DNA of 64,000 bases, from positions 87,358,001-87,422,000 of the forward strand of contig OZ024744.1 in assembly GCA_964016885.1 (NCBI GenBank), written 5' to 3'. A program made the position numbers and the translations under genes. The DNA is from Eledone cirrhosa. Lineage: Eukaryota. The notes below the pieces were generated by a model that had not been told where the DNA came from, searched no databases, and worked only from the letters and a program-made list of their open reading frames with translations. Below are positions 12,900 to 28,220 of the stretch, one piece after another. The first letter of the stretch is position 1. The number at the start of each line of letters is the position of its first letter.

Positions 12900-15543
12900 G
12901 ATTTTTTCAGTATCTTTCTACCATGCTTTGAAAGGTGTTTTAAGCAATATCCTTCAGGCATACAAGATCATCGTGCTGGTGACTTTAATGCTAGAGTGGG
13001 TAGGTATTTTAGCACATGGAAGGTATGGGGTGGGAAAGTGTAATAGCAATGGTATGCTTCAGTTGCAGATGTGTGAGGAGCTGGATGTACGTTTACCAAC
13101 ACCATGTTTCAGCAAAAGAATAAGTTTATGATCACATGGATGCACCCTGCATCTAAAGAATGGCATCTTCTGGACAACATCCTTGCCAGGCTGCATGTTC
13201 GTGTTCTTCGTGGGGCTGAGTGTTGGAGGGACTACCGCCTGGTACGTGCAAAAGTAAAATTAACTACAAAACGTAAAGCCCTTGTTGCTGGTGTTGCCCT
13301 GCCTAAAATACTGAATAATACTCGTCTTAGGGATAATAGTGTGAAGAGGACATTGCGAGAAGAAATGAATGTTGGGGACATTGGTGAGGATTGGACGACC
13401 CTTAAAATATCGGTTTATTATGTAGGCAGGCGTTTTCTGGGATTGGTACAAAGAAAGCATCAAGACTGGTTTAAGAAAATGATGAACATATAGATAAATT
13501 GTTGGCTGATAAGAGGGGTGCTCTGTCACGCTACTTGGCAGCAAAACCACAGGAGAAGAAAATGTTGCATAAGGCACTCAAGAATATGGAATCTCATGTG
13601 AGGTGGAGGCTCTCTCAGATAAAAGATAAATGGTGGAATGAGAAGGCTGATGAGATACAAGCTGCATCAGATTCCAATAACACAAAGTTGTTGTACAATC
13701 TTTTGCATGAAGTTTATTGACCGGCTTCTTCTCTGGTGACACCACTTCGCAGCAGGGATAGCAAGGAACTTCTTCGTGACTCGACTCAGGGAATTCTGCC
13801 GTCAGTCATCAATGAAGAAGGTGAGAGACTTCTGTGACCTCTTCACTCTTTGTTTGGTAGGATATGGGCTAGTGAATCCGTATCTGAAGACTGGAGTGAT
13901 GCAGTAATGGTAGTCGTGTACAAGAGAAAGGGTAACAAGAATGATTGTGGAAACTATAGGGGTATATCATTGCTTTCTGTCGTAGAAAAAAATGTATGTA
14001 GGGTGCTTCTGGAACGTCTGCTGATACACATTGCAGATTGTGTTCTTCCTGAAAGTCAAGCTGGTTTTCGTGCAGGACGCAGCACTAGTGATATGATCTT
14101 CTCAGCTAGACAGCTCCAGGAGAAGTGCATGGAACAAGGATTTGTATCAGGTTTTTGTCAATCTGACAAAAGCTTTCGATACTCTTAACAGGAATGCATT
14201 GTGGAAGATTCTCCAGAAACTTGGTTGCTATGATAAGTTCCTTGCTTTGGTTAGGTCTTTCCATGATGACATGAAGGCTTGGCTTAATGTCAGAGGTAAC
14301 ACGTCGGAGCCTATTTCAGTGAAAAATGGAGTGAAACAGAGGGATATTCCAGCACCAACCCTATTTGCTATATATTTTGCGATGGTTTTCTATATTGCAT
14401 TCAGGAATTGTAAGCAGGGTGTTTACATCTACTATCGAAGCTCTGGCAACATATTTAACATCGACGCTTTGCTGCAAAAACAAAAGTATTTACTTCTATC
14501 ATAAGAGAGCTTTTCTATGCAGATGATTGCGATCTTGTGGCGCACACAGATTGATATGCAGCACATTTTGAATACATTGTTTCATGCTTCCACTGCCCTA
14601 GGATTGAGTATCAGTCTCAAGAAAACCGTTGTCATGCACTAACCTGCTCCGGGTAAGCAGTACAGTGAACCAAATATCTATCTGTATGGTTGATCAGTCT
14701 ACCTGAGAAGCACTGTCAATCGATACAGCAACCTTGATAATGAAATCCCACTCAGGATTAGGAAAGCAAGTGTTGCTTTCGGAAAGCTAGAAAGGCACCT
14801 CTGGAGTGGGCGAGACATATGCAAGAAGATAAAATAAAGGTGTACAAGGCATGTGTGCTCTCTTCTTTTCTTTATGCCTGCGAGACTTGGGTCACATATG
14901 GACACCACCATAAACAATTGGAACGTTTCCATCAGATGTGTCTCAGACGGATCCGTGGCGTTCAGTGGAGGGACCACATCAGTGATGTCGAGATTTTGGA
15001 AAGCCCTCTGTATGAAAGCATAGAAGCTCTTGTGCTTAAGCAAAGACTCCGATGGAGTGGTCACCTTGCCAGAATGAAGTATACCAAAACAACTCTTTTA
15101 TGGAGAGTTAGTTAAACGAAAACGACCTCCACATACACCAAAAAAGTGGTATAAGGATTCCTTGAAAGCCTCATTGAAAGATCCTAACATCTCTGCCGAC
15201 ATGGGAAAGCGTAGCTGTGTTTGAAACATCTCGAATAGCATACGAGAAAGTAAAAAGGAATGTCAGGAAACTTATTGTTGTTACATTTCCAGACAGCAAA
15301 TGTCCTCCTTAATGTAAGACCAGTGGTTGACTACCAGGCTGCTGTTATAAATGCTACTCATCGTATCTGTCAGGCATTTGGGAAAGAGTGTAGATCAGAA
15401 AGAGTGCTCAAACGACATGCAAAGGAACATGAAGTCCAACCACAGCCAGCTATTGCAAGTGACTGTTTCGGTTTCCAACTCTGTGCAAAACATTTTAGAT
15501 CATTGGCTGGGCTAAAAAGCCACATTCAATCACAGCACCATTA
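12900..15543 (+). mobile_element. Decayed RTE-clade LINE (APE + RT + two C2H2-like fingers)
   Basis: GDFNARVG, TWMHPASKEWHLLD, GNYRGISLLS, PESQAGFRAGRSTSDMIF, NLTKAFD, GVKQRD, FYADD, RLRWSGH, C..F.SLAGLKSH...H; many frameshifts and stops. Confidence 0.92.
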
Positions 15544-15556
15544 ATTATTTATATAT

Positions 15557-15743
15557 GCGGTGGATTGGCAGTATCGGTAGAGGGTCGGACGCCATGCTTT
15601 CCAGCATAGTTACGTCCCTTTATGATCTGAGTTCAAATCCCGCCGAGGTTGACTTTGCCTTTCATCCTTGCGGGGTCGATAAAATAAAGTACCAGTAATG
15701 CACTGGGTAATTGCTGGCCTTGTGCCTAAAGTAGAAACAATTA
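15557..15743 (+). mobile_element. SINE family A with TSD
   Basis: A/B boxes; AATTATTTATATATGCG repeated at 15543-15559 and 15739-15755. Confidence 0.9.
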
Positions 15744-15814
15744 TTTATATATGCGTGTGTTCTTTTTTTTATCGCGTAATAACGAAGGGTCAGCGAACAT
15801 CATGTATATATGTA

Positions 15815-16755
15815 TGTTCTTCTGGTTTTATAATTTCACAAATTTTTTACCAATAGAGAGAGTCGGTTTCTAAGATAGACACAAGACTCTCTCATTGGAA
15901 TTTACACAATATCAACTATGTAGATATGTATGTATGTCTGCATGTGTAGATATGGATGTTATTGTATGTTAGGATGTGTATGTTTTGAGCTGTATGTGTG
16001 CATGTGTATATGCTTTGTATCTGTATATGTGTCTATCCAGTTATTAGATGCAACATTTTTGGAATGTTTTATATATTGTAAATGTATGTATGCATGTATG
16101 TATGTATGTATGTATGTATGTATGTATGTATGTATGTATGTATGTATGTATGTATGTATGTGTGTATGTTTTTATGTATGGATGTATGTCTGTCTGTATG
16201 TATGTCTGTATGTATGTATGAGAGTGTATGTATGTCTGTGTGTATGTATGTATGTCTGGATGTCTGTATGTATGTATGCATGAATGTATGTATATATATA
16301 TGTATATATCTATGTCTATATGTATGTATGTATGTGTATATGCATCTATGTCTATATGTTCTTCTGGTTTTATAATTTCACAATTGTTTCCCAATAGAGA
16401 GAGAGTCGGTTTCTAACATAGACACAAGACTCTCATTGGAATTTACACAACATCAACTAGGTAGATATGTATGTATGCATGCATGTGTAGATATGGATGT
16501 TATTGTATGTGTGGATGTGGATGTTTTGAGTTGTATGTGTGCATGTGTATATGCTTTGTATCTGTACATGTGTATATGCAGTTATTAGATGCAAAATGTT
16601 TTGAATGTTTTACATATTTTTACTGTTCCATTAATGGATTGTACTTGTAATTTCCTAACTAGTTGTGTTCTTTCTGTTCCTGTGAAGCCTAGCTTCTCAA
16701 GATTTGTATTGAGGCAGTTACTAACATACCCCAGTGCCCCAATAATCACAGGCAT
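15815..16755 (-). mobile_element. Two 5'-truncated 3' ends of the RLE LINE at 1-755 (15815-16075, 16358-16755) separated by (TATG)n
   Basis: 16358-16755 is the reverse complement of about 340-755 (PVIIGALG...TFCI). Confidence 0.88.
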
Positions 16756-17859
16756 TAATTAATCAGCCAGGAATGTGAATAACTGTCTATTTTTGGAATG
16801 CGATGAAGTTAACGTTTTGCTAAAAATTCGTAACTCACTCAACAGTTATTAAAATAGATTGTTTATATATATACATATATATGTATATGTGCTATGTGAG
16901 TGTGTGTCTGTGTGAATGTGTGTGTGTGAATGTGTGTGTATCATGATATGAGTGTGTGTCGGACGGGATGTTAATCGGGCTCCCTTCCTTTTATGACTTT
17001 TGTGTTTGCTAAACAACGTTATTTATACCAATGTATACCTGTTACAGCCTCTCCTTTGGGTTATATCCTTGGTGTGAAAGGTTTTGCATGCCATTACTAC
17101 CAATACGCTATCCACAATATATGATTCCCACCTTCATTCTCTGTAGCCTTTTTTAAATCTATGTGTTATCTACATATTCAATAAATAGTAATCTCAAAAG
17201 CAAGCGCCAGTAGAATAATAACATCATTGTCACATTCAACCAATTACATTCGCTACAGATATCCAGGAAATATCATCTTACACATTCTTATAATTGTGTG
17301 ACACACCTGTTTTGTATATCTGTACGAGACGAGGGTAAAACGCAAGGAATTCACTAAGTCTAATTCTGAACCACCAACGAGAGACTACGAAACTCAGTAC
17401 ACACAGTCTCCGTGACAGTTCACTTCAGTTCTTATTCATAGGCTTTTCGCCTAGTCAACCTTTAGTTACACGGGATTATTCAGGGCCTTTTTCCCACAAC
17501 ACACGCTTTAAATATGAACTCTGAGTAACTAAAAGCCTAATTTTGCAGCAAGTGTTAGAGTTCATCATCATGTAGAACTTCTTCTGGGGTGCCAAAATAT
17601 TTGCCATAACGATACCTTCATAAAAAAAGACTGGATTTTATCATCAATAGCAGAATCATTTCATCCCCGTCTAAACTCAGAGCCGTTGTTCATTCTATAC
17701 ATAGAGGTAATCCAAACCAAAAAAGAACCCTTAATTCATTAACACGAAGTCACTCCCAAATACACTCCAGTCTGTTACTTACAGACATATTGTCTTCTCT
17801 TCCCCTTTTCTAAATCTATTACAGATGAATGATCTCAAGCCACAGAATCTCATGCCTTT

Positions 17860-18290
17860 CCGTTCGTTACTCATATTCTACATTCCCAGAAGGCCATGCA
17901 AACTCCCCATCCCCAATCTTTCTTCGCAGAACGTTGGCTTTCTGGAATTCCTTGTTGATCATGTTTATCTGCAGCAAACACTTTCCGAGAGTTCGAGAAG
18001 TTGTCAATTGCATTGATCTGATCAGTACATGATAATCTGTGAAGTTCATGAGCGATTTTTATATTTAACTTCTGGACACTGCATAGCCGAATGTTTAAGA
18101 AGTTCGCTTCAAAATGATAAGATTCCGGTGTTGATCCCATTGCATTGAATCTTGAGCCAGTATCATTTACTATAACTTCGTGGTAACCAAAGTTGTGAGT
18201 GAAATTGGCTTGACAGAAATTGCTTGTAAGACCGTCGGATGGATTGTTTCTGTAATTCAAAAGACTATCCTTGTCACACACGTTTCAAAG
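17860..18290 (-). pseudogene. Possible highly decayed Ty3/Gypsy integrase relic
   Basis: FGYHEVIVNDTGSRF resembles FGxPxxIVSDNGPQF and LLNYRNNP resembles LLxYRxTP, but the motif order is atypical. Confidence 0.3.
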
Positions 18291-19784
18291 TGCATCTACT
18301 TACACGGTAATTTCATGAGGAAGTTCGCTCTTTTGTCGTTGACTAACTGGAACACACACTGTTGATATCGATGGAAGTTCATTGTCGAGTGAACACGCAG
18401 AGACTCAACCATGCAGTTGAGTCATTATGAATTTTAATATTTTAATTATACACACGAATACACTGACGATAATTATTTAGGTGTAGATGAGGCAATCGTT
18501 AATTCGAAAGTCAATACCAACAATATAGAAGTATTAGAACAGAGGCAGGACGATTTCTTTTCCCATGGGATACTAACCAACATTTAACTTAATATATAAG
18601 TTGGAAATGTCGACAAGTTATATTCATATGTATTTTTCTGGGTGTTTCCTTTTACAAACCTGCTGTTGAATCTGTTAGCTATTTCAAAATGAGTTCTAGA
18701 TATATTTCACTTAACCAGGTAATTTGTTTAAAAGAGTTTCTTTTGAACTCACTCGTGTGAGTTTTATAATTCCTAAATCCGATTCAATTTGAATGTAGTT
18801 CAAAGAACATTACAAATATCAAAACCGGTTATTTATAATGAAGTCTTCAGTGACACTCACACACGCGCGCAATTTCATTGGTGACTAGTTTATAGATTTA
18901 ATCCTATTTCAGCATTAACTCTATATACAGATTAGGTTATCTCGTTTAAGTAAATTTAAACCTAGTTTCGATACATGTGTATGTTGGTTTAGTTGTTAGA
19001 TTCTGTGGTTATATTTTACTATTTTAACCATTCTGACTATTAGCATACTAGACTGTGTCTAGGCTATCTCGTTTACATACTGGATAGTACTATTCAGACG
19101 GATAACTAGGCTGAAGTATAGGGACACTACGAGGCCTATGTGCCACGCAAGATCTAGAGACACTATAAGGTCTAGGGACCCGTCAATTTATGCAGCCGAG
19201 AGAAAGATTAAAATGCTAAAGGAGGCATGATACATCTAAAGGACTTATGGCTAGGTCATAGGTTAATACAGCTCTGGTTACACATCAGTTAAGGATGGAA
19301 TTTTTTTTTTACAATGCTGTACAAATGAGCTACTAAAACTGAAATAAACACACACGCAATCAAACAAACATACATGTACACACACAACAAAAACGCTTAC
19401 ACAAACTCCTATTGATAATACACAAAAACACACACATATACACACACACATATGCACACACATACACAGACACTCACACGCGCACATACATACATACACT
19501 GATAATACACCCAGATACACACACGCCACTATACGCAACATATTCATCGCTCCAACACATTCACCTTCACACACATGTACACGTTCTCAAGCAAACAAAT
19601 AGAAGCAACACGCACACTTACAAATGCACGGCAGCTACACATAGATTACAGTAACCATGATAGACAGACGATCCGCGTCGACACCCACTCTCGCAAGCCG
19701 GACTAAATGTGCACTCACCTCAGCCATCGAGATAAAGCTTCTTTCCCACAAAATTCCAGCCACCTCTTTCTCCAAACTCTCTTT

Positions 19785-19825
19785 ATTCCTGATGAAGGAA
19801 GGACTAATGTTTGATACGTTTCTTT
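19785..19825 (+). ncRNA. Heavily degenerate hammerhead-like remnant (48816 family)
   Basis: CTGATGAAGGAAGGACTAATGTTTGATACGTT, compared with GAACTAATGTCCGAAACGTT at 28325-28360. Confidence 0.35.
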
Positions 19826-19881
19826 TCCAACAAAGGTGAAACTAACAAGACTTTGTGTTTCTCTTCTTTGTCTTAAACTAG

Positions 19882-19956
<75 letters not shown>

Positions 19957-20091
19957 TGTGTATATATGTGTATGTGTGTGTGCGTATATGTGTGTGTGTA
20001 TGTATGTTCATATATGCATATATGAAAATATGTTAATCCATGCGAAGCGATGGTTCTATATTTCTATACTTCTATTTATTATATATTATAT

Positions 20092-20287
20092 AGGGGTGGT
20101 GGACTGGCAGTATCGATAAAGGGTCGGACGCCATGCATTACAGCATAGAGTTACGGCCCTTGCCATTCTGAGTGCAAATCCCGCTGAGATTAACTTTGCC
20201 TTTCATCCTAACGGGGTCGATAAAATATTAGTACCGGTAATGCACTGGAGTAATTGTTGGCCTTGTGCCAAAAGTAGAAACAATTAT
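20092..20287 (+). mobile_element. SINE family A
   Basis: A/B boxes and family body, ends AGTAGAAACAAT. Confidence 0.88.
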
Positions 20288-20797
20288 GCATATTTCTGAA
20301 GCGTTACACAATGAATAGGTAATGGTTACGTACGCCTAATACATCTTCGTCCAACAGACATAACTAATGTGTTTGATACGTTGATGACAACAACAGTCTC
20401 ATACGCAAGAAGAAGGATATGAGATGTTTTTTTGTCCGAAGATCAGTTCGACAATTAATATCTCGCTTCCCTTTATCAGGCAGATGAGAGACATTATTTA
20501 CATATCTCTGATAGCGGACAACTCACTCGAATTCTTTCTTGTTTGAAGATGTTCACTGATGATTTCAGATTTTTTGCAGCTCAAAATGCTGAGTTTTGCT
20601 CAATGAAACTGCAGTAGGGACGCTCTGAGTAGATAGCTAAACATTTATTTATCCTATTTGCGTTTCCTAAATATAATATGGATTATGCTCTGAATAGTTG
20701 ATTCTTATTAATTCCTACATCGAGCAAAATTGGTATCTGTTAGACTACCTCATATGTAAGACGTGTGTATATATGTATATATCTTCAGTATATTTGT

Positions 20798-20892
<95 letters not shown>

Positions 20893-20901
20893 CCTCACAC
20901 C

Positions 20902-20937
<36 letters not shown>

Positions 20938-20940
20938 AGT

Positions 20941-21062
20941 AGTTCCACAACAGTTATTCACCATACCTGGAATATTGTTTTCACCTTATTCAGATCGTGA
21001 GCTCGGTCTATACCAAACTCATCCATTGGATCGAGGGCTCTACTGCTACGGATATAACCCAC
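20941..21062. mobile_element. Diverged, inverted fragments of the 57186-57442 HHR family
   Basis: Minus 20941-20996 GATCTGAATAAGGTGAAAACAATATTCCAGGTATGGTGAATAACTGTTGTG matches 57264-57315. Plus 21016-21060 matches the reverse complement of 57186-57230. Confidence 0.65.
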
Positions 21063-21114
21063 CAGCGTTCTATTATACACACACACACAAACACACACAC
21101 ATCTATTTATGCAT

Positions 21115-21164
<50 letters not shown>

Positions 21165-22581
21165 ATGTGCGTTTGTGTGTGTCAGTGTAAATGAATGCAA
21201 ATACAATGTCATATTTACGCCAGAAAAAGAGAGATAATTATTGAAGAGATGGAATTGTTATTTAGCTCGTGCAGGTCAACAATTTTGGTGGTGTAACCTG
21301 GGCATGACCTCCGGAAGGATTATCATCTGGGCAGAAAATTCTAGCACACTACTAATACGTGGTTTTGTTTTCGGATTGAATCGTATTACGGAAGTAATGA
21401 GGAGGAAGAGATCTGTTTGAAGTAGAATGCTTTGAGGCGGTTACTCAGTCTTACTACATTATCTTGCTTTCGATAAAACCGATAGATGAAACATTCTTAC
21501 GTTAAGTGGCTGTTTTCTTTCTGTTTTCTTTTTTGCTTTTATCCGAATGACCTTAACTATAGGAAACCCAATAATATAAAATAGAGTTTATGCGAGATTT
21601 TCTCCGGTTTCTTCTATGTACAAAAATTAAGATAAGTGTGATGTAAACAATTACCTAAATACATTACATTCTTAGAGTTTTATGTTAGCAAATTCAGTAA
21701 TTCGATATTTATTGAGATAATGGTAACATATATATTGACGAAAAAAATTCGCATATTGCAACGGTAATTTTATTTCGTCCGAGCAAATTCCTCGTAATAT
21801 ATACAAAAGTTTACAGAAAAAATAATCCTCACTGATACCAGACTAAGCATGTACTGTATGTATTTCCAATACAACAGCAAAACAAGTTAAATAACAATAA
21901 TCTACGAAATTAAAACATGTGAATTTGAGTAAAAACAAACAACTATTTAAATATAAGTTGTCTTTTTTAATGCTTTATTCAATTTTATGCATTTTCATGT
22001 TTTACTGAAGAGGTGTCAGCGGCAGATAAACACTGTTATATGTATGTATGTGTGTGTATGTATGTATGTATGTATGTGAGTATGTATGTATGTGAGTATG
22101 TATGTATGTGCGTGTATCTATGTATGTGTGTATGTATGTATGGATGTATGTATGTATGTATGTATGTATGTATGTATGTATGTATGTATGTGTGTGTGTG
22201 TAAGTCTGTATGTATGTGTGTGTGTGTGTGTGTGTAAGTATGCATGTATGTATGTATGTATGTGTGTGTGTGTAAGTCTGTATGTATGTGTGTGTGTGTG
22301 TGTGTGTGTGTAAGTATGCATGTATGTAAGTATGTATGTATGTGTGTATATATGTATAAACGCAGATATAATATATGTATATGAAGTTACATATAAATAT
22401 ACGCGTGTGATGGTATTTATATGCATTTACTGGTATGTATATAAAAAGAAACACATATAAGCACACACCGCACGCACACACACGCTCGCACATATGTATA
22501 CATATATATGTGTGCGTGTGTGTGTTTGTGTGTAAATATAGCCCCATATACATACTCACACACACATACACACACATACAC

Positions 22582-22625
<44 letters not shown>

Positions 22626-22976
22626 GGCTTGGTGTGTGTGTGCATGTTTCTATATGATATATGTAAATATATACTCACCCATACATTCAAGTATATGCAC
22701 AAACTCAGGGAGAACATTATCCTGTTTCTCTTCAAATATGACAGTTTCGTGTTTTAGTTGTAAATTTTATTTTTATTATCATTAGTGTTGTTGTTATTAT
22801 TATTTTCGTTATTAATTTTGTTATTATTATTATTATTGAATTAAAAAAAATACTCGCATGCATGCAAAAACAGAATTTATTTTCTCTCTTTTATGTTTTT
22901 ATCTCTATGGCTTTCCAGTAAAATCCTACTATCTATTGCTCGAATTAGGAGACACACTTCTCTTCTTTTATTTCAG

Positions 22977-23110
22977 ATTTTTTGCTGCCACATCTGTCAT
23001 TCCATATGTTTGCTTAAAGATTCCTCTTGAGAATAGATTGTAAAGTTCAAATATTCTAAAGTTCTATTGCTGCTGTCTGCCTATTCGCAGCTAACAAGCG
23101 TCTCTGTAAG
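22977..23110 (+). other. Candidate non-coding exon
   Basis: Pyrimidine tract ...CTTTTATTTCAG| at 22976 and donor AAG|GTGAGA at 23110; stops in all three frames. Confidence 0.25.
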
Positions 23111-23442
23111 GTGAGATTTTATTGCAAAATCCAACACTCGGAAACTTGTGCCAGTCGCGTAAGAAGAAACCTTCGTAAACGGAAACAAATTGACAAACGT
23201 CTTTTTATAGTGAAACGTTACTTCATTAGCCAAACAACCCCCTGTCAACTTTTCGACGCCATTTTAGAAACCGCTGTGTCTGGACCGTAGACGAAAAAAG
23301 AAAAAAAAAAGATAAATAAGATAGCATTTTTTTTTTCTATTTTATTCTCAGAACGAGTGCCGCTGTGTGAGGCTAGTAATGGTTGAGTGTTCTTTTTTTC
23401 TCGAATATAACGTTATATGTAGGCACGACAGTGTGTATGTAC

Positions 23443-23496
<54 letters not shown>

Positions 23497-23519
23497 GTAT
23501 ATGTATATACACGTATATG

Positions 23520-23607
<88 letters not shown>

Positions 23608-23617
23608 TATATACACG

Positions 23618-23654
<37 letters not shown>

Positions 23655-23795
23655 GTATATGTATGTGTATATATATATACATATATATAAATATATACAT
23701 ATATGTATATTTAAATATATATATATATACATATATATATACACACACACACACATACACACACATATAAATATATATATATATATTTATATATC

Positions 23796-23835
<40 letters not shown>

Positions 23836-24190
23836 TATACATATGTATGTGTATGAGTAATGTGTATATTTGCTTGCGGGTGTGTTTGTGTGTGAGAGTG
23901 TGAGTGTGCATGTGTGTTTTTGTGTTTGTGTGTATGCATATGAAGTTCGTCCATGTCTGCTGAAATATTTATCATGTATTTATGAATATGTAAGGAAGCA
24001 ACCAAACTTCTTTTACAGGACATATGAATAAAAATAGAGTTTCGTTTTAGCATTCTCATATATTGTCATATTTAACCAATATCCCTACTTTTGCATTTGG
24101 CTGGTACTCTTAGACCCTTTCTAACCACAGATCCTTTTTTTTTTTGTTTAAATTACCATTTTAGCATCTTGCATGTTGACAAATGCATCC

Positions 24191-24280
<90 letters not shown>

Positions 24281-24656
24281 TTTGCGTGTGTATGTGTGTA
24301 TGTGTGTGTGTATGTGTGTGTGTGTATGTATGTGTGTAGTCTAAAGCATAAGATGAGGAATTAAGGAGTATAGAGACAAAGCGAAGAGAAGAAACGACAA
24401 GGGCAGAAAAGCGGGAATGATGGAGCAACATTTTTTTTTGTTTCTTTCTTTGTTTACGAAAGATAAAAAAAAAAAAGAAAAAGGATGAAAGAGAAATTAC
24501 TATAGCGTCGTAATCATCTCATCAGCTTCCTCCTAGATCTACATAGTTCTGCGCGGAAAAGGGAAGTACCATGTATATAAGTCTGGCCTACGCAACAAAT
24601 TCAAAATTTCTGTTGTTATGATGTTGGTATAGTGGATACATTGTATCTAGCAATGG

Positions 24657-24730
<74 letters not shown>

Positions 24731-26060
24731 TACTAAATAAAATCAGTTTAGTGTTTCTGAGGAGGACGGCCGATTGAACAGGGATTTTGAGACTAAAAAT
24801 AAGTAGTAATTTAACCACTACCATGCTAGTCGATACATCAATCGCCATCAATCAATCGACTCTCTGAAACAATCGTAAAACAATGAACTAACTCTCCCCC
24901 TGACTTCTATTTTTATTGCGTAAACACACATATGTATATAAATATATGAAAGTGTTGTAGTTTGCTTGAAGCATTGTTGAATAGAAAATATAAATTTAAA
25001 TAATTTTAAAAGTCATACAATGCATTAGAAAACTAAAGGTGCAAAGATAACGATATAATCTTACCTTAGCAAATTTAATAAAGCAGTTAAGGAAGAGTGG
25101 GAAAATTTGAAATATATGGGCCCAAACATAATGAACGATCACTATAAACAATAGTTGATACAGTTTGACAAAATACTCCTGGAAACAGAGAAATGTGAAG
25201 AGACATGCTTGCGACGAATTAAACCCCTCATCCATCTGACAGCAATGTGTGTGTGTCTATATCTTTTTACGAAGCTGGTGATTTAGTCCAGCTTACAATC
25301 CCTCTGGCTGTGTTATCATTTTGTGTTCGTTCATTATGTCGCCTTAATGACTGAATGACAAACTCTGCGTAGCGACAGTGTAAACCACATGTTTCTTAAA
25401 ACTATAGAATACTACGCATAGAAACACACACTCATATACACACCCAGCCTCATATATGTGCGTGTATGTGTGGGTATACGTGGTTAAATATACTCGCGCG
25501 TTTGTGTATGTGTGTAGATGTAATATTTGCATATATCTAAGTATGTGTAGTGATAAGTGCGTAACTATATATTTACACCCATGTGTTTGCGTATGGAAAA
25601 AAATTCTCCCTTAAGAAATACTAACAAATATAAAATTTAAAATCTTTGAAATCGAAGCCGATGCAGGGAAACAATAAATAAAAATATATAGGTAAAGATT
25701 ACATTAAATAAAAACACGCAACGGAAAGGAAAAAAATATATTTGGCATTGCTTTAATTCGCATATAAGAAAGGAAATTGTTCTGTGCTAAAACAAATTGT
25801 AAATTTCTCCTTCAGTGGACACATTTTAGTCTTTGGCGCCAAGACGTCTCGTGATGAAGTGGCCTATTTGTTTTCTATTTACTTCACAAGTGGAATAGAA
25901 TTGGTAATAATTTCTTTAGCCAATATTCAAACAAGTTTGATAGGAGATGAAATTTAAAGGTGAATAAACGAACATTTATGCTTTAAAAATCTTGAATTAA
26001 AACTTTGTAGACGTGCATCCACACACTCATACAAATATATATATTGTATGTGGTTTATAT

Positions 26061-26188
<128 letters not shown>

Positions 26189-26205
26189 GTGCGTTTGTCT
26201 GTGTT

Positions 26206-26262
<57 letters not shown>

Positions 26263-26271
26263 GTAAAAGTT

Positions 26272-26480
26272 CTATTTAAATTGTTGGGATACAACAAGCA
26301 AATATTTTTATAACTGATATAAAGCACTCAACAACTAATTGGAGTAAAAATACGATATTAACAAATGGAAACTATATTTATAAAACGATATTTATTTTAT
26401 TATACATATTTCAAGGACATCAAGTTAAATTATGGTGTGCTTTCATCAGATAAAATATAATATAGAGCAGTTTTATAAAT
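26272..26480 (-). mobile_element. Solo pLTR-like module carrying a hammerhead, between TA tracts
   Basis: Homologous to 57473-57650 and 7285-7387; contains the HHR at 26393-26457. Confidence 0.8.
26393..26457 (-). ncRNA. Type I hammerhead ribozyme, intact core
   Basis: Minus strand TATTTTAT-CTGATGA-AAGCACACCA-TAATTTAACT-TGATGTCCTT-GAAA-TATGTA-TA-ATAAAATA: perfect 8-bp stem I, 8/10 stem II. Confidence 0.85.
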
Positions 26481-26494
26481 GTATATATATATAC

Positions 26495-28220
26495 ACACCC
26501 ATTGATGCACATGCAAATAACAAAATCAGAGGATTTCTTTGATACCACAGCAATCAATGGAGAAATGGCGACCACCAACCATATAGACAAAACGGAGGAA
26601 GAAGTGATATCCGCTATAGAATAAATTAGAACAAACTCAGCTGCTGGATCTGATGGATACCAATCAGTCCTCCGAAAAACATGTAAACGTGCCTTAGCGG
26701 GACCATTGAAGATCCTCTTCAGAAGTTCATTCGCTAGCCGTAGACTACCCAGAGAGCTAAAAGAAAGTACAATAGGCCCTATCCATAAAGGAGGAGTCAG
26801 AGTGGAGGCCAAAACTACAGGTCAGTCTCCCTGACGTCACATATCAGTAAGGTCATGGAGCAAATCATCAGAAAGAAACTGATCACATCCCTCGAGGAAA
26901 ATGACCGCCTAACTAATATGCAGCATGTCTTTCGCCCAGGAAGAAGTTGCCTTACACAGTTGTTGCATAACTATGACTGGTTACTGAAACAACTGCTAGA
27001 CGGCTCACATGTCGACGTGATATATCTTGAATTTGTGAAGCCCTTTGACAAGGTCGATCATGGAATGAAATGTCACACACTACACAAAGTGGAAAAGTAG
27101 GTGAGTGGCTGCATGGTTTCTTAAAAGATAGAAGCCAGATAATTGCAGCCAAAGCCAGTCAAAGGATAGATCAATAACAAGTGGGGTGCTCCAGGGCTCA
27201 GTCTTGGGACCACTACTGTTTTTGGTGGCTCTCTCAGACATGCCCAGTATAGTACATACAACATCCCTCATTAGCTATGCTGATGACACAAAGTTAGCAC
27301 ATGAAATAAAAATCCGTCTGAAGGTTACCTTTTACAACAGGATCTAGATGCCATATACAAATGCGCTGAGGACAAAAACATGCAGTTTAATGCTGGAAAA
27401 TTTCAAGCTCTACGATACCAACCCGCAAACACAAAGACAATACAACACAGCTACACCGGACCAGGAGGGATCAAAATCCTCATGTCGAAATCAATATGAG
27501 ACCTAGGGATAGACATGAGCAATGATGCATCTTTTTCTTCACACATCATGAGGGTGATGACAATGTACAGACGAGTCGCAGGCTGGATCTTGAAGACTTT
27601 CTGAACAAGAGACCAAGAGACCATGTTGATACAAAGGAGGACTGCTGATCCCAGCGGTGGTCACCCCATAGTATCAAACAAACCATGGAGTTTGAGGCAA
27701 TCCAACGAAGCTACACCAAGAGGATTGCCATGATAAAGGAGATGAACTAAAAGAACTGAATCTTTATTCCTTTGAATGAATACGGGAGAGATACGCAGTG
27801 ATATTCATATGGAAAATCCTGGAGGGATTAACACCAAACTTTGGCATTGAGAGCTCGTCCAACCCCCGAACAGGACGTCACTGTGCGGTGACACATCGGT
27901 CACTGTGCGGTCTTTCTCATCTAGAATAAGGAGCAGATATTTCAATAGGGTTCAAAGGCCCTCAACTCTTCAACAAACTGCCAAGAAATTTGAGAGATAT
28001 GCATGATGTGGACGTGGATGTTTTCAAGAAACATCTTGATACCCTGCTATCTAGAATCCAAAATAAGCCCACAGCACGGTACGAAGGTTACCTAAGGGCA
28101 GCAGCAACGAACTCCCTCTTACATCAATGGCCAGCCAACACGGGCTGGAGATAGAATGTACAGCAACAAGGGTGGTGCCTTGACATGGCCTCAGCCGGAT
28201 GGCTGGAACAGGTAAAACAC
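26495..28220 (+). mobile_element. 5'-truncated decayed CR1-group LINE (RT + 3' end)
   Basis: SAAGSDG, PIHKGG, SLTSHISKVMEQII, QHVFRPGRSCLTQLL, DVIYLEFVKPFDKVDH, SGVLQGSVLGPLLF, YADDTKL, ERYAVIFIWKILEG. Confidence 0.9.
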
